Program-made: the position numbers and the translations under genes
In this document: positions 1 through 9,101 of the stretch, piece after piece
Layout of the letters: each line of letters begins with the position of its first letter
Position numbering within the stretch: the first letter of the stretch is position 1
Assembly: GCA_018303405.1 (NCBI GenBank)
Contig: JAGVYD010000014.1
Coordinates: 9,350-73,349, forward strand
Direction: 5' to 3'
DNA from: Candidatus Woesearchaeota archaeon
GTDB lineage: Archaea > Nanobdellota > Nanobdellia > Woesearchaeales > JABMPP01
DNA: 64,000 nt
Notes under the pieces: generated by a model
What the model saw: only the letters and a program-made list of their open reading frames with translations
The model's database searches: none
What the model was told of the DNA's origin: nothing

Positions 1-1
1 T

Positions 2-565
2 GCAGATATTGCCAATGCGGTTCCGGGGAATTCAGCATTTTTCTTCCCGAGCTACAGCCTGCGGGACACTGTCGCCAAAATTTTTACCAGGCATTGCACC
101 AAAAAAATATTTTATGAGGACAGCAGGATGGACAAGGGGCAAAGGCAGGGCCTGCTGGAAAAATTCAAGAAGGAAAGCGTGAGCAAAGAGGGGGCGGTTT
201 TGCTCGGCACTGCGACAGGCTCGTTTGGCGAGGGAATAGACCTGCCAGGCGATTTCCTCAAGGCAGTGGTGGTGGTAGGCCTCCCGCTCAATCCGCCTGA
301 TGTCGAGACAAAGGCGTTGATTGACTATTACAACAAGAAATATGGGAAAGGGTTTGATTATGCATACACTTTCCCGGCCATAACAAAATGCATGCAAAGC
401 GCAGGGAGGTGCATAAGGAGCGAGACTGACAGGGGGATAATAGTCTTCCTGGATGAAAGGTTTGCCTTTCCGCACTATGCCAGGTGCTTCCCGCCCGACT
501 ATAATTTGAGGGTCACCAGCAGGTATATTGAGGAAATAAACAACTTCTTTAACATAAAAACATAA
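2..565 (+). CDS. Rad3/XPD/DinG-family helicase, C-terminal fragment. The gene starts upstream of the window.
   Basis: The ORF is open to the window edge. The C-terminal helicase_C_2-like motif ...QSAGRCIRSETDRGIIVFLDERF... is typical of XPD/DinG helicases. Confidence 0.55.
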   Translation, partial: ADIANAVPGNSAFFFPSYSLRDTVAKIFTRHCTKKIFYEDSRMDKGQRQGLLEKFKKESVSKEGAVLLGTATGSFGEGIDLPGDFLKAVVVVGLPLNPPDVETKALIDYYNKKYGKGFDYAYTFPAITKCMQSAGRCIRSETDRGIIVFLDERFAFPHYARCFPPDYNLRVTSRYIEEINNFFNIKT

Positions 566-591
566 ATTATAAATATAGATTTATCCATATA

Positions 592-789
592 ATGGCCCAG
601 GTGTGCAAAGTGTCCAAAAAGAAAATATCCATAGTTATGGATAAAGATGTCTTTGAAGAGTTCAGGAAGTTCTGCGAAGCCAACAGCAGAGCTGGCCTCA
701 GCTCGCACGGAAGCAAGGGAGATATTCTTCGCCGTGCTCAGAAATCTCCCGAACTGAGAGCTAAACATTTTTGGATGGTTCTACAATGA
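592..789 (+). CDS. Small ribbon-helix-helix (CopG-like) protein. It is a diverged tandem paralog of the next ORF.
   Basis: Its N-terminus ISIVMDKDVFEEFRKFCEAN resembles VSMTIDDDVFEEFRKYCEANG in the next ORF. The C-terminal half diverges, possibly through a frameshift. Confidence 0.3.
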   Translation: MAQVCKVSKKKISIVMDKDVFEEFRKFCEANSRAGLSSHGSKGDILRRAQKSPELRAKHFWMVLQ

Positions 790-941
790 AAAAGAAAGTT
801 TCCATGACAATAGACGATGACGTCTTTGAGGAATTCAGGAAGTACTGCGAAGCCAACGGCATGAAGATTTCCACAAAAGTCGAGGCAATGATGAAGGACA
901 CCATGAAAAACCTCAGCCTCGGGAAGTTTCTGAAGAAGTGA
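786..941 (+). CDS. Small RHH/CopG-like protein of 51 aa, not listed in the ORF track.
   Basis: ATG at 786 and TGA at 939-941. Translation MKKKVSMTIDDDVFEEFRKYCEANGMKISTKVEAMMKDTMKNLSLGKFLKK has a beta-strand then helix pattern typical of RHH antitoxins. Confidence 0.4.
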   Translation: MKKKVSMTIDDDVFEEFRKYCEANGMKISTKVEAMMKDTMKNLSLGKFLKK

Positions 942-963
942 GAAAAAATGCTGAACACCTTGC

Positions 964-1122
964 TTGCATTATATTCACTGTCAGGAAACCATCAAATCGC
1001 CTGATGAACTAAGAACAAATGGCAAAAAGCATTATGCTGTAAAGAAGCTCAATGGCCACACCCTTAAAGTTGTATATGTAAAGGAAAAGGATATAAAGGT
1101 GATTACCTCTTTTTTCTTATAA
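964..1122 (+). pseudogene. DUF4258-like toxin-like remnant with no in-frame ATG; it would need a TTG start. Its stop overlaps the ATG of the DUF2283 gene.
   Basis: Translation ...SPDELRTNGKKHYAVKKLNGHTLKVVYVKEKDIKVITSFFL* resembles the DUF4258 C-terminus (...KVVY....VITVY). The TAA at 1120-1122 overlaps the ATG at 1122. Confidence 0.35.
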
Positions 1123-1322
1123 TGAAAATAAGATATGATGCGGATGCTATGTACATAACACTGAGGGATGATAAAATAGACCACACTAAAGAGATAGATG
1201 AAAATACAATAGCTGATTTTAATAAAGAGGGCCAAGTCATAGGTGTAGAATTGCTTTTTGTCAGGGAAAGAAATCCAGATGTTTTGAAGGAGTTTCAAGT
1301 TCAAAACCTTATGCCGGCTTAG
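1122..1322 (+). CDS. DUF2283 family protein, the usual antitoxin-like partner of DUF4258.
   Basis: MKIRYDADAMYITLRDDK...GQVIGVELLF matches the DUF2283 pattern (MKIxYDxExDxLYIxL...IGIEIL). Confidence 0.6.
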   Translation: MKIRYDADAMYITLRDDKIDHTKEIDENTIADFNKEGQVIGVELLFVRERNPDVLKEFQVQNLMPA

Positions 1323-1375
1323 CTTCTGTTCTTATTCCGAAAAATATTTAAGATGATGCCCAATATTCTTCCATT

Positions 1376-1735
1376 ATGCGCAGAAGTGGCTTTTTTGGCA
1401 GAAGGGGCGTTTCCCCGCTGATTGCAACTGTTGTTCTCATCGGCTTTGCCGTGTCGTTAGGCGCAGTCATAATGAGCTGGGGCAAGACAATCTTTGAAGA
1501 GGAGCCTACGGTTGAGATCCCGCCAGAGCAGTCCAACCTTGTCTGGTACATGGGTAGCAATATCGAAAATGTCTGCTATTCGGGCGAGTCCATCAAAATG
1601 ACGCTGAAGAGCGACCCGAAGATAAACATCAAGTCAATTTTTGTGGCTGCCAGACACAGCCATTATCACAAACTCGCCGCAGAGATGCAGCTAATTCTGT
1701 CTTTGACCACTAAAGAGAATAAATGGCAGGCTTAA
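1376..1735 (+). CDS. Archaeal type IV pilin-like protein with a class III signal peptide.
   Basis: N-terminus FGRRG|VSPLIATVVLIGFAVSLGAVI resembles the archaeal pilin/flagellin prepilin motif (KG-ISPVIATVLLIAI). Confidence 0.5.
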   Translation: MRRSGFFGRRGVSPLIATVVLIGFAVSLGAVIMSWGKTIFEEEPTVEIPPEQSNLVWYMGSNIENVCYSGESIKMTLKSDPKINIKSIFVAARHSHYHKLAAEMQLILSLTTKENKWQA

Positions 1736-3117
1736 ATCATTGTCTTATGCTTTCTGTGCAGCCAGACAACCGAGAAATAGAGGAATACAACAGCCAAGAG
1801 GACAATGCCCAATGCCAGGAACAATGCCGGCAGGCCGAATTTATATGCAATATAGGCACCAATGGGCGCGGTTATGATGTATGGCACAGTGGACAATAGG
1901 CCAAGGCTGGAAAAATAGTTCTGCCGTTCCGTTTCGTGGAGCAGGTCATTTATGAGGAGGCCATGTGCAACCCCGGCTATGGCCCCGCCTATGACTCCGA
2001 CAATTGTCCCCATGGATATTGAGATTATGTTCGGGTTGTAATAATAGGTCAAAGGCATTATTGCCATGAATGTTGTGCCAAAGGCAAGCATCGGGAATTT
2101 GCCATATGCCCTTGCGTTAATCCTGGAAATCAGGGGGCCGAACAGGGATGTCAATGCAGCCACGGTAAATACCAATGCCACGCTCATGTAATTGCCCAGC
2201 CCGGGGTGGCTGGCATTCTGGAAAATGTAAATCCCAAAATAGGAATTGCCAAGGACCTGCACACTCGCAACAAGAATGCTTGATGTTATCATTATCGCTG
2301 TCAGCTTGTCCTTCATGAATGCCTGGAATGCAATTTTTATTTTTGCCAGGCCGCCATAAATATGGGGAAAAACGCTGTCGTGCTCGTGTGTCACATCCTG
2401 CTCTGGCCTGGCCAATGCGAAAATCAGGATGCCGAGCAAAAAAGCCAGGGCTGATATGCCCAGCACAAGGAAACTGTTGTTCAGGTGCATCCCTGAGATA
2501 GCCAGGTAAGGGATATTGTCAAGTGAAAAGCCGGTTATGATGAGGGCGGCGGCAGTGACTATCAGCCCGTATTTGGACAAGAACCGCATCACGGCATTGC
2601 CCGCAGACTTATCCCGCAGTTTCAGGTAAAAATCCCCAAAAATGGCAACCAATACGCCTGAAATCAGTATCAATGCGGAAAACGCCCAGTAATTCTTCAT
2701 CTCCAGGCTGACACCAAGCAGAATCATGGAGAGCGAAAACAAAATGCCTGCAATTATGGCGACCCTTTTATTGTAAGCGCTGTTCCTGTGGTAGCTCTGC
2801 ACCACGGTAGATGTGAAGACGCTGAGGAGGGTTTTCACGGCATTGATTATTCCAATCAGGAAAATCCCAGCCCCGCTCTGCAGGAAAAAAATGTTTATGA
2901 ATTGCTGCGATGAAAAGCCATAGCCAACTGTGTCAAAGAAATCCTTTGCGGCATACTTGCCTGCATTGGGGTCGCTTTTGGGCTTGGCTTTTTTGCCCAG
3001 CACATTGTCCAGCTCATTTTCCAGGAATCCCTTGGCGACATACTCTGACTTTATCACAGCAGGGTCTTCGCCTGCATTTACCCTCTTTTCAATCTCCTTC
3101 CGCGCCCCATCATCCAT
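1732..3117 (-). CDS. MFS-type membrane transporter with an N-terminal soluble extension.
   Basis: 461 aa with about 12 predicted hydrophobic helices after a ~60 aa charged N-terminal domain. Confidence 0.55.
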   Translation of the reverse strand: MDDGARKEIEKRVNAGEDPAVIKSEYVAKGFLENELDNVLGKKAKPKSDPNAGKYAAKDFFDTVGYGFSSQQFINIFFLQSGAGIFLIGIINAVKTLLSVFTSTVVQSYHRNSAYNKRVAIIAGILFSLSMILLGVSLEMKNYWAFSALILISGVLVAIFGDFYLKLRDKSAGNAVMRFLSKYGLIVTAAALIITGFSLDNIPYLAISGMHLNNSFLVLGISALAFLLGILIFALARPEQDVTHEHDSVFPHIYGGLAKIKIAFQAFMKDKLTAIMITSSILVASVQVLGNSYFGIYIFQNASHPGLGNYMSVALVFTVAALTSLFGPLISRINARAYGKFPMLAFGTTFMAIMPLTYYYNPNIISISMGTIVGVIGGAIAGVAHGLLINDLLHETERQNYFSSLGLLSTVPYIITAPIGAYIAYKFGLPALFLALGIVLLAVVFLYFSVVWLHRKHKTMI

Positions 3118-3174
3118 GCCCTGAATGTCTCAAAATGTGTATATAAAGTTTTTTGTTTTAAGATGCAATTAGAA

Positions 3175-3690
3175 TCAGGATGTAAGGGAAGCGTTCTGGT
3201 AGTTTATCACGACTGGCTTGCCGTCCTGCATCAGCCTCGTTATCCGGGCATTTCCATTGCTGTCAACTTTAACAGCGACCTGCATGTTCCTTGTGCTGAA
3301 TTCAGCATTCCTTTCAAAGAAATATTGCTCAATCCCGTATTCCACCCGCATCGTGCTGCCCGAGACATAATTTACCTTGCCTGCGATAAAGGCCTTATCT
3401 TCCGGCTTTGCTGGTGAGCTTCCGGCATATCTCCAAACATGGTTTTCATCTTCCTCCAGCCATACATAGATATTGTCCCCGCTTTTCACGCCTTCGACAA
3501 AGGGGATTGACCCGATTTCATATGCAATTGTGATGTATTGCCCACGAAAAATGTCAAATGGGTCAACAGGCCTTGTGTCAAGAATGATTTCCTTGCCAAA
3601 CATTAAAGGCCATGTGAGAATAAGTATCATGATTGCCAGAACACCGAGAAGGACACAAAGTCCGATAATCAGCCTTGTTGTTTGCTTCAT
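3175..3690 (-). CDS. GDYXXLXY-family protein.
   Basis: N-terminal TM helix followed by ...DPFDIFRGQYITIAYEI..., which fits the GDYXXLXY domain. It lies immediately downstream of a DUF2157-type membrane protein, as is typical. Confidence 0.55.
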   Translation of the reverse strand: MKQTTRLIIGLCVLLGVLAIMILILTWPLMFGKEIILDTRPVDPFDIFRGQYITIAYEIGSIPFVEGVKSGDNIYVWLEEDENHVWRYAGSSPAKPEDKAFIAGKVNYVSGSTMRVEYGIEQYFFERNAEFSTRNMQVAVKVDSNGNARITRLMQDGKPVVINYQNASLTS

Positions 3691-3692
3691 AG

Positions 3693-5963
3693 CTATGCTC
3701 CCTGTTTAGGTGGTTGCGGGGATTCGACCGGGTTCTCATTCGCCAGGCCTGAATCACGTGGTTTGTCCATGTCTTTTATTTCACGGATGAGCTTTCTTCT
3801 CCATCTCTCAATAAACCAGCCACCGGCCAAAAGGATAATGCCACCAATTATGAAAATCAGGCTTAAGCTGAGGTATCCCCTGAGGTCCATCATAAATCCA
3901 ATATACCGTGTAATAATGAAAAGGGCAAAGAAGAATATTCCCAGGTTTACAAGTTTGGGCAGTCTCTGCCACGTGCCATAGAAAATAATCCCGAGGATTA
4001 CGCCAAGGAATACAAGGTTGGAAAAAATCCATATGACCCATAATGCAAAAGACATGCTGGAACGGCTCCATGCGCCATAATATTCCGCTTCCCAGCTGCA
4101 ATTCCTGTCCGAAGTGCATGTTGACCGGGTAGTTGAGCTGCGGCATTTATCCGACACAGTGTTGTATTCCTGCCTAATAGAAGAAATTGCCGCTCCGCCA
4201 TAAGTATCGGAACAATAACCCTTGCCCGGGCTAATTGCGGAGGTCGGGATAGTTTGAGTTTGTACACAGGACAAGATATTGCCGTGCCCGCTGCTGTCAG
4301 CGAAATTAACAGCCCCTTCAGCATCCTCGAAACTTAGATGTATGGCAAGGTCCTTTTTCAGGCTCTCATTTGTGAATGAATTGGAAAAGAGATCCAAGAC
4401 TTCCGAAGCAGTCAGCGCCCTTCCCCATATTGCAAAGTCATCTACAGAGCCTCTGAAAGCTCTGCCCTCTAAATCAATTTCATTTCCAATTACCACTCGC
4501 TCAGGTGTAGTGTTATATGCATAGCTGGGTGTCCTGGACCTGAATTTGCCATCCAGGTATAAAGTCGTTAGTGTTATTCCTGATTCATAGGTAACTGCCA
4601 CATGGTGCCACTGGTTATCTTTGTACTGCTGTGAGGATGCCATGGTGAACCAGTCTCTATTTTTATTCCAACCCAAAACACCGAATTGGCTTGAATCACA
4701 GGCTTCAATCTGGAAATTTTCACCATCTTTATTTGCGCCGAATCCGCCCAGCGTGCAGGGTGACGATTGATAACTTTCCGGGAATTTAAACCAAAGGGCT
4801 AAAGTCTTATCGCCAGTTGTGGGAAGGCCTGAGGGGGCTTCCTTGATCAAGTAGGATTTTCCTGTATTGGAAAATTCAAGAGCATAACCGAACTTGCCCC
4901 TTACAGACTTGCTGCACAAGGAGGAGGTGGTTGACTGTTGCTGTGCTGGCGCTGCATTAGGGTTGGTCCATTTGCACCCGCTGCCTTCGCATGCCCCTTG
5001 AGAGTCAATGTTGTAGCAGTTTTTTTGTACGCAGTCACCATTGCTGATATTGCGCCACTCACAGATGCTGGCCTGGCTGCATTCGTTTGCTCCATTATAT
5101 TCATAACAATTCACAGGCCTGCACTCCCCAATCTCATTTGACCCCAGCTTTGAAACTCCGATCACCGCGAGCAAAAGGACAACAATTCCCAGGAAGTAGT
5201 ATATTTCCCTCTGGTTTTGTCTATCGCTTTTTTTGGCCAGCATTACCCCAAGAATAAAGATGATTATCGCCACAATTGCGACCACTGTAAAAAACCCCAT
5301 GACGCCTCCCCCGGCGTCCATTCCTTCAATCCACAACACTGACAGGATCAGCTGAAAGCTTAAGAGGTAGGAATACAGCAAAAAATAGAACGCTGCCCAG
5401 AATTGATAAAGCCTGGCAAACGCGTGCTGCCTGTATTTATGCAGCAAATAAAGCCCGAAAAAAAAGACTCCGACTGCCAATAAAATGAAGGACAAATAGA
5501 CAAATGAAAATTCAAAGCCGTTGTCCATGAATGCAAAGTATTGCAGGCACAGCCAGACAAGGAACTCCACAAGGGCCAGGACAAGGTTAATCGCTGATGG
5601 AAGGATGTATGCAGTGAACAGTACACCGGCCCATGCCGGCAGGAATAGCCATGCAGTGCCCTGAAAAGAGACATCTGTGTGAAAAATCTGTGCTATCAGG
5701 AAAATGCTGGAGGTATACAGCAGGGCTCCGAGAACAAATAATGCTTTTGCGGTGCCCCCATATCCCTTTAGCCTGGCCATGACTCCGCTTGCAAATGCTG
5801 CGCATGTAAAAAAAACAAGGATAATAATTTTGACCGCTGAACTGAAGATATGCCAGTTTTGCGCAATTATCCATGCAACTCCTATAAAAATCAAGATTGA
5901 GCCGATTACTGCAACAATGGTGCCAAAAGACGCCATCCCTTTTTTGTTAACCACGTTAAGCAT
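3693..5963 (-). CDS. Large membrane protein. It has a DUF2157-like N-terminal TM domain, an extracellular Cys-rich region and a LamG/concanavalin-like domain, then C-terminal TM helices.
   Basis: Polytopic N-terminus (WIIAQNWHIFSS...). Middle region is Cys-rich with ...QWHHVAVTYESGITLTTLYLDGKFRS...FRGSVDDFAIWGRALTASEV..., a LamG-like jelly-roll signature. Hydrophobic C-terminus. Confidence 0.5.
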   Translation of the reverse strand: MLNVVNKKGMASFGTIVAVIGSILIFIGVAWIIAQNWHIFSSAVKIIILVFFTCAAFASGVMARLKGYGGTAKALFVLGALLYTSSIFLIAQIFHTDVSFQGTAWLFLPAWAGVLFTAYILPSAINLVLALVEFLVWLCLQYFAFMDNGFEFSFVYLSFILLAVGVFFFGLYLLHKYRQHAFARLYQFWAAFYFLLYSYLLSFQLILSVLWIEGMDAGGGVMGFFTVVAIVAIIIFILGVMLAKKSDRQNQREIYYFLGIVVLLLAVIGVSKLGSNEIGECRPVNCYEYNGANECSQASICEWRNISNGDCVQKNCYNIDSQGACEGSGCKWTNPNAAPAQQQSTTSSLCSKSVRGKFGYALEFSNTGKSYLIKEAPSGLPTTGDKTLALWFKFPESYQSSPCTLGGFGANKDGENFQIEACDSSQFGVLGWNKNRDWFTMASSQQYKDNQWHHVAVTYESGITLTTLYLDGKFRSRTPSYAYNTTPERVVIGNEIDLEGRAFRGSVDDFAIWGRALTASEVLDLFSNSFTNESLKKDLAIHLSFEDAEGAVNFADSSGHGNILSCVQTQTIPTSAISPGKGYCSDTYGGAAISSIRQEYNTVSDKCRSSTTRSTCTSDRNCSWEAEYYGAWSRSSMSFALWVIWIFSNLVFLGVILGIIFYGTWQRLPKLVNLGIFFFALFIITRYIGFMMDLRGYLSLSLIFIIGGIILLAGGWFIERWRRKLIREIKDMDKPRDSGLANENPVESPQPPKQGA

Positions 5964-6009
5964 TGTGCGTCAAATAGGATATAAATATTTATCGGTCACC
6001 AAAAAAGCC

Positions 6010-7062
6010 CTAGACAAAAAAGAAAGCAATGGCAAGGATGGTATAAACAGCGATAAGCTGCACGCCCTCGAGCCAGTTCCCCCTTCCGTCTGTCACAAGA
6101 TAATTGAGGATCATGACAGTTGACAGCAATGCCGCAATTTCAAACAGGTTGAACACCAGCGAGAATTTGTGGTCAAAAAATGAGCTGACAAAAACCAGCA
6201 CAGGGACAACAAAAAGGCTGATCTGGTTGGCTGAGCTCGCCCCGATTTCAAGCGATATGTTTATCCTGTTTTTCAGGACCATTGTGATTGCAGCAATCAT
6301 TTCTGCAACGTTGGATATTACGCCGACAACCACTATTCCAATGAATATATGCCCCAGCCCCAATTTCTGGCTGAACGATGTCAGGTCATTCACAAGAATG
6401 TTGGCCATGAATGTGACTGCAATCGAAGAAAAGAACAGCACCCACAGCGATTTCCTTTTGCTCCACTCTCCCTCAATTTTGGAGATTATTATGTCTTCTG
6501 AGTAAAACAGGTATTTGTGGGTGTACAGTGAGAACAGGAGGCTGGCGATGTATATAAGCGCAAGCACAATTGAGACCAGGGTGCTGAGGAGTTGTGGATC
6601 GCTTCCGGTTGTGTACTTGTAAATAGTTGGCATGCTCAGGCCAGTCACGGCTATGACCAGCATTGTCCCGGATATGCCTGCTGATATGATATTGAATTTC
6701 TGCTCCTTGTACTTTAATCCGCCTATGAAAACGCTTAATCCGATTAGAAGGAGAATGTTAACCATGATGCTTCCCACAATTGACCCGCGGACAAGGTCCA
6801 GATAGCCCTGGGATATGGCAATAATGGACACTGACAGCTCGATGAAATTGCCAAAGGTTGCATTCAGGATTCCGGCGACTTTTGGATTGCTGTGTGCGGC
6901 AAGGTTCTCTGTTGCACGGCCAAGCATCCTGGCCAGGCCAACCAGTGCCAGTGTAGCCACAATAAATGCAAGGGTCCTGTAGTCAGAAAAATAATGTATT
7001 AAGATTGCTACAGGTATCAGCCATAACAATCCAGCCATGTATCGGTCAAATTTTCTGCCCAT
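6010..7062 (-). CDS. CaCA-family cation/proton exchanger (Ca2+/H+ antiporter, ChaA/CAX-like).
   Basis: Two internal repeats carry GNxxE-type motifs (GNFIELSVSI and SNVAEMIAAI). Polytopic, 350 aa. Confidence 0.7.
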   Translation of the reverse strand: MGRKFDRYMAGLLWLIPVAILIHYFSDYRTLAFIVATLALVGLARMLGRATENLAAHSNPKVAGILNATFGNFIELSVSIIAISQGYLDLVRGSIVGSIMVNILLLIGLSVFIGGLKYKEQKFNIISAGISGTMLVIAVTGLSMPTIYKYTTGSDPQLLSTLVSIVLALIYIASLLFSLYTHKYLFYSEDIIISKIEGEWSKRKSLWVLFFSSIAVTFMANILVNDLTSFSQKLGLGHIFIGIVVVGVISNVAEMIAAITMVLKNRINISLEIGASSANQISLFVVPVLVFVSSFFDHKFSLVFNLFEIAALLSTVMILNYLVTDGRGNWLEGVQLIAVYTILAIAFFFV

Positions 7063-7182
7063 GTTGCCTGCTAAGGGTATGCCTGCCTGAACAGATATAA
7101 ATTACTTGCTGTTTGGCAGCACGTGTGGAAAAGCTTATATATTGTTCACTTTACCTCTCAAAGCAGAAGAAGCTGCTATTAT

Positions 7183-7199
7183 GGGCTCCTAGCTCAGCC
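7183..7199 (+). repeat. 17-nt direct copy of the tRNA-Lys 5' end (GGGCTCCTAGCTCAGCC). It lies 144 nt upstream of the tRNA.
   Basis: Exact match to tRNA positions 1-17; the sequence diverges afterwards. A 9-bp-stem hairpin (ATGGGATTT...AAATCCCAT) lies between the copy and the tRNA. Confidence 0.6.
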
Positions 7200-7326
7200 A
7201 TGGCAACTGAACTCTCGGTTGACAAGCGAGGCGTGTAAATGGGATTTTCACTTTGCTCAAATCCCATGAACTCACCGAGAATATCCATGAGCTGAAATGA
7301 ACAGCCGCAGAAAAGACAATCACAAT

Positions 7327-7422
7327 GGGCTCCTAGCTCAGCCTGGTCAGAGCGATTGGCTCTTATGCATGGAGAAGTGCAAGGAAACCAATAGGTCGGG
7401 GGTTCGAATCCCCCGGGGCCCA
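7327..7422 (+). tRNA. tRNA-Lys(CUU) with a canonical 21-nt intron after position 37.
   Basis: Manual fold: acceptor GGGCTCC/GGGGCCC; D-arm GCTC...GAGC; anticodon stem ATTGG/CCAAT; anticodon loop CTCTTAT (CUU). A 21-nt insert lies between loop and 3' stem. T-arm GGGGG-TTCGAAT-CCCCC; discriminator A. Confidence 0.85.
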
Positions 7423-7525
7423 TGACATTTTAATAAAATCATATAGCGAATACCCGCAGACCTATCTGCGCGATAAAGCCCGCCGTTTCCTTGCAATGTT
7501 TATGCAAGAGAAAGGAACTGGACAA

Positions 7526-8341
7526 TTAATTATCCAGCGGACTTTTTATTTTGATCATTTTTGGCCTTACGGCATGAGTGTATCCTAAGGTTGTTTCCGG
7601 AGTTACATGACCAAGCAGGGATTGTACTGTGGCCACATCTTGTCCAGACTCTAGCAGGTGTGTTGCGAATGAGTGTCTGAAAATATGCGGATGGACATGT
7701 TTTCGGATTTTTGCTTTATGGCCTGCCTTTTCCACTATCATTTGTACGGATTTTGTTGTTAATGCACCTTTTCTTCCTGGAAATAACCATAACTTTTCGT
7801 GCCCACACCCTCTTTTCAGTTCTTCCACTATTCTTTGTGGTATGATGAATGGCCTGTCCTTATTTCCTTTTCCTCCCCTTACCCATCCAATGTTTTCTTC
7901 AAATGAGAAATCATTTATCCTTAACTGTGTAACTTCTCTTACACGTAGCCCTGCACCGTACATTAATGAGACCAATAATTTATGTTTTGGATTTTCTATG
8001 ACATTCAGTATTTTTTGGACTTCTTCTTTTGTCAGGTATTCTGGCTTTCTTACAGGGGTCTTGGCATATCTTATCTTTAGATAGCATGCCTTATGCAGTA
8101 TGTCTATCATCATGAATCTGAGTGCATTATGTGCCACATTTAGTGTACTTCCTGATGCCCCTCTTTCTTCCATCTTGTAAAGGAATTCTCGCACATCTTT
8201 TTTGGAAAATGCTCTTATTTCCCTGTCCTTATTTGCTAATAAGAATAATTTCACATATTGCATATATGTCTTGACCGTTCTTGGAGATAACTTCCTGCGT
8301 AGCATCTCTCTCTTCATATTATAGAGTATGTCAATAGTCAT
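7526..8341 (-). CDS. Tyrosine recombinase/integrase of the XerC/XerD/XerA type.
   Basis: 271 aa. C-terminal catalytic motifs ...HIFRHSFATHLLESGQDVATVQSLLGHVTPETTLGYTH (R..HxxR..Y). It lies next to the tRNA 3' end. Confidence 0.85.
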   Translation of the reverse strand: MTIDILYNMKREMLRRKLSPRTVKTYMQYVKLFLLANKDREIRAFSKKDVREFLYKMEERGASGSTLNVAHNALRFMMIDILHKACYLKIRYAKTPVRKPEYLTKEEVQKILNVIENPKHKLLVSLMYGAGLRVREVTQLRINDFSFEENIGWVRGGKGNKDRPFIIPQRIVEELKRGCGHEKLWLFPGRKGALTTKSVQMIVEKAGHKAKIRKHVHPHIFRHSFATHLLESGQDVATVQSLLGHVTPETTLGYTHAVRPKMIKIKSPLDN

Positions 8342-8598
8342 TTCCCCGGGAAATGCTCTCCTCTTAAAATGTGTAATCCTAAAAAATTCGGAGAATTTCC
8401 GCCCAATCCCGTAAAATCAGTCTTCACCACCCTCAAAAGAGCACACTTTTTCCTCACCAATCCCTTAAATTCTGCCTTCCCAAGCCCCATAACCCCATAA
8501 TCCTGCCTTCTTCGCATATATAGTGTTATACGCAATTCAAAAAATATTTTTCTAGATTAATCGAAAGATTTATTTATTCCTATTTTAAATATCAATGT

Positions 8599-8964
8599 AT
8601 GGCTTCAACTAAACCAAAAACTTCATCTATAGATAAGTACATTTCACAATTTCCAAAAGAGATTCAAAGGGTTTTAGAAAAGCTTAGGCAAACAATCAAA
8701 AAATCGGCTCCAAAATCTGAAGAAACAATGAGCTATGGTATACCGACTTTTGATATGAACGGGAAGCATTTGGTTCATTTTGCTGCATTTAAAAAGCACA
8801 TTGGCTTCTATCCAACTCCTTCTGGCATAATCAAGTTCCAGAAAAAAATGTCAGATTATGAAACCGCAAAAGGCTCTGTGAAATTTCCTCTGGATAAGCC
8901 TATCCCATTTGATTTAGTAAAGGAAATTGTGAAATTCAGAGTTGAAGAAAATAAATCTAAATAA
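8599..8964 (+). CDS. DUF1801 (YdhG-like) domain protein.
   Basis: ...MSYGIPTFDMNGKHLVHFAAFKKHIGFYP... matches the DUF1801 core. Confidence 0.55.
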   Translation: MASTKPKTSSIDKYISQFPKEIQRVLEKLRQTIKKSAPKSEETMSYGIPTFDMNGKHLVHFAAFKKHIGFYPTPSGIIKFQKKMSDYETAKGSVKFPLDKPIPFDLVKEIVKFRVEENKSK

Positions 8965-9101
8965 GGTTTAACGAAAAATATTTTTTGAACTCACTCCGCT
9001 ACGCTCCGTGCCGCGCTGCGCTCTCCTCCTTTCAGTCGTCGGGGCTTATAACAGCGGTTAATTGCAATGATGGCATTTGTAGTAAAAGTATATGGTTAAT
9101 T

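Noticed and set aside
3808-5874. Multiple 60-140-aa ORFs on both strands within 3693-5963
   Set aside because: All are nested in the 756-aa membrane protein gene and have no independent support.
7151-7423. 90-aa minus-strand ORF
   Set aside because: It lies entirely over the tRNA-Lys gene and its upstream repeat. It is a reverse-strand artefact.
7526-8341. SSV-type integrase that would be split on integration
   Set aside because: The gene is intact, 271 aa and XerC/D-like. It is not the SSV family.
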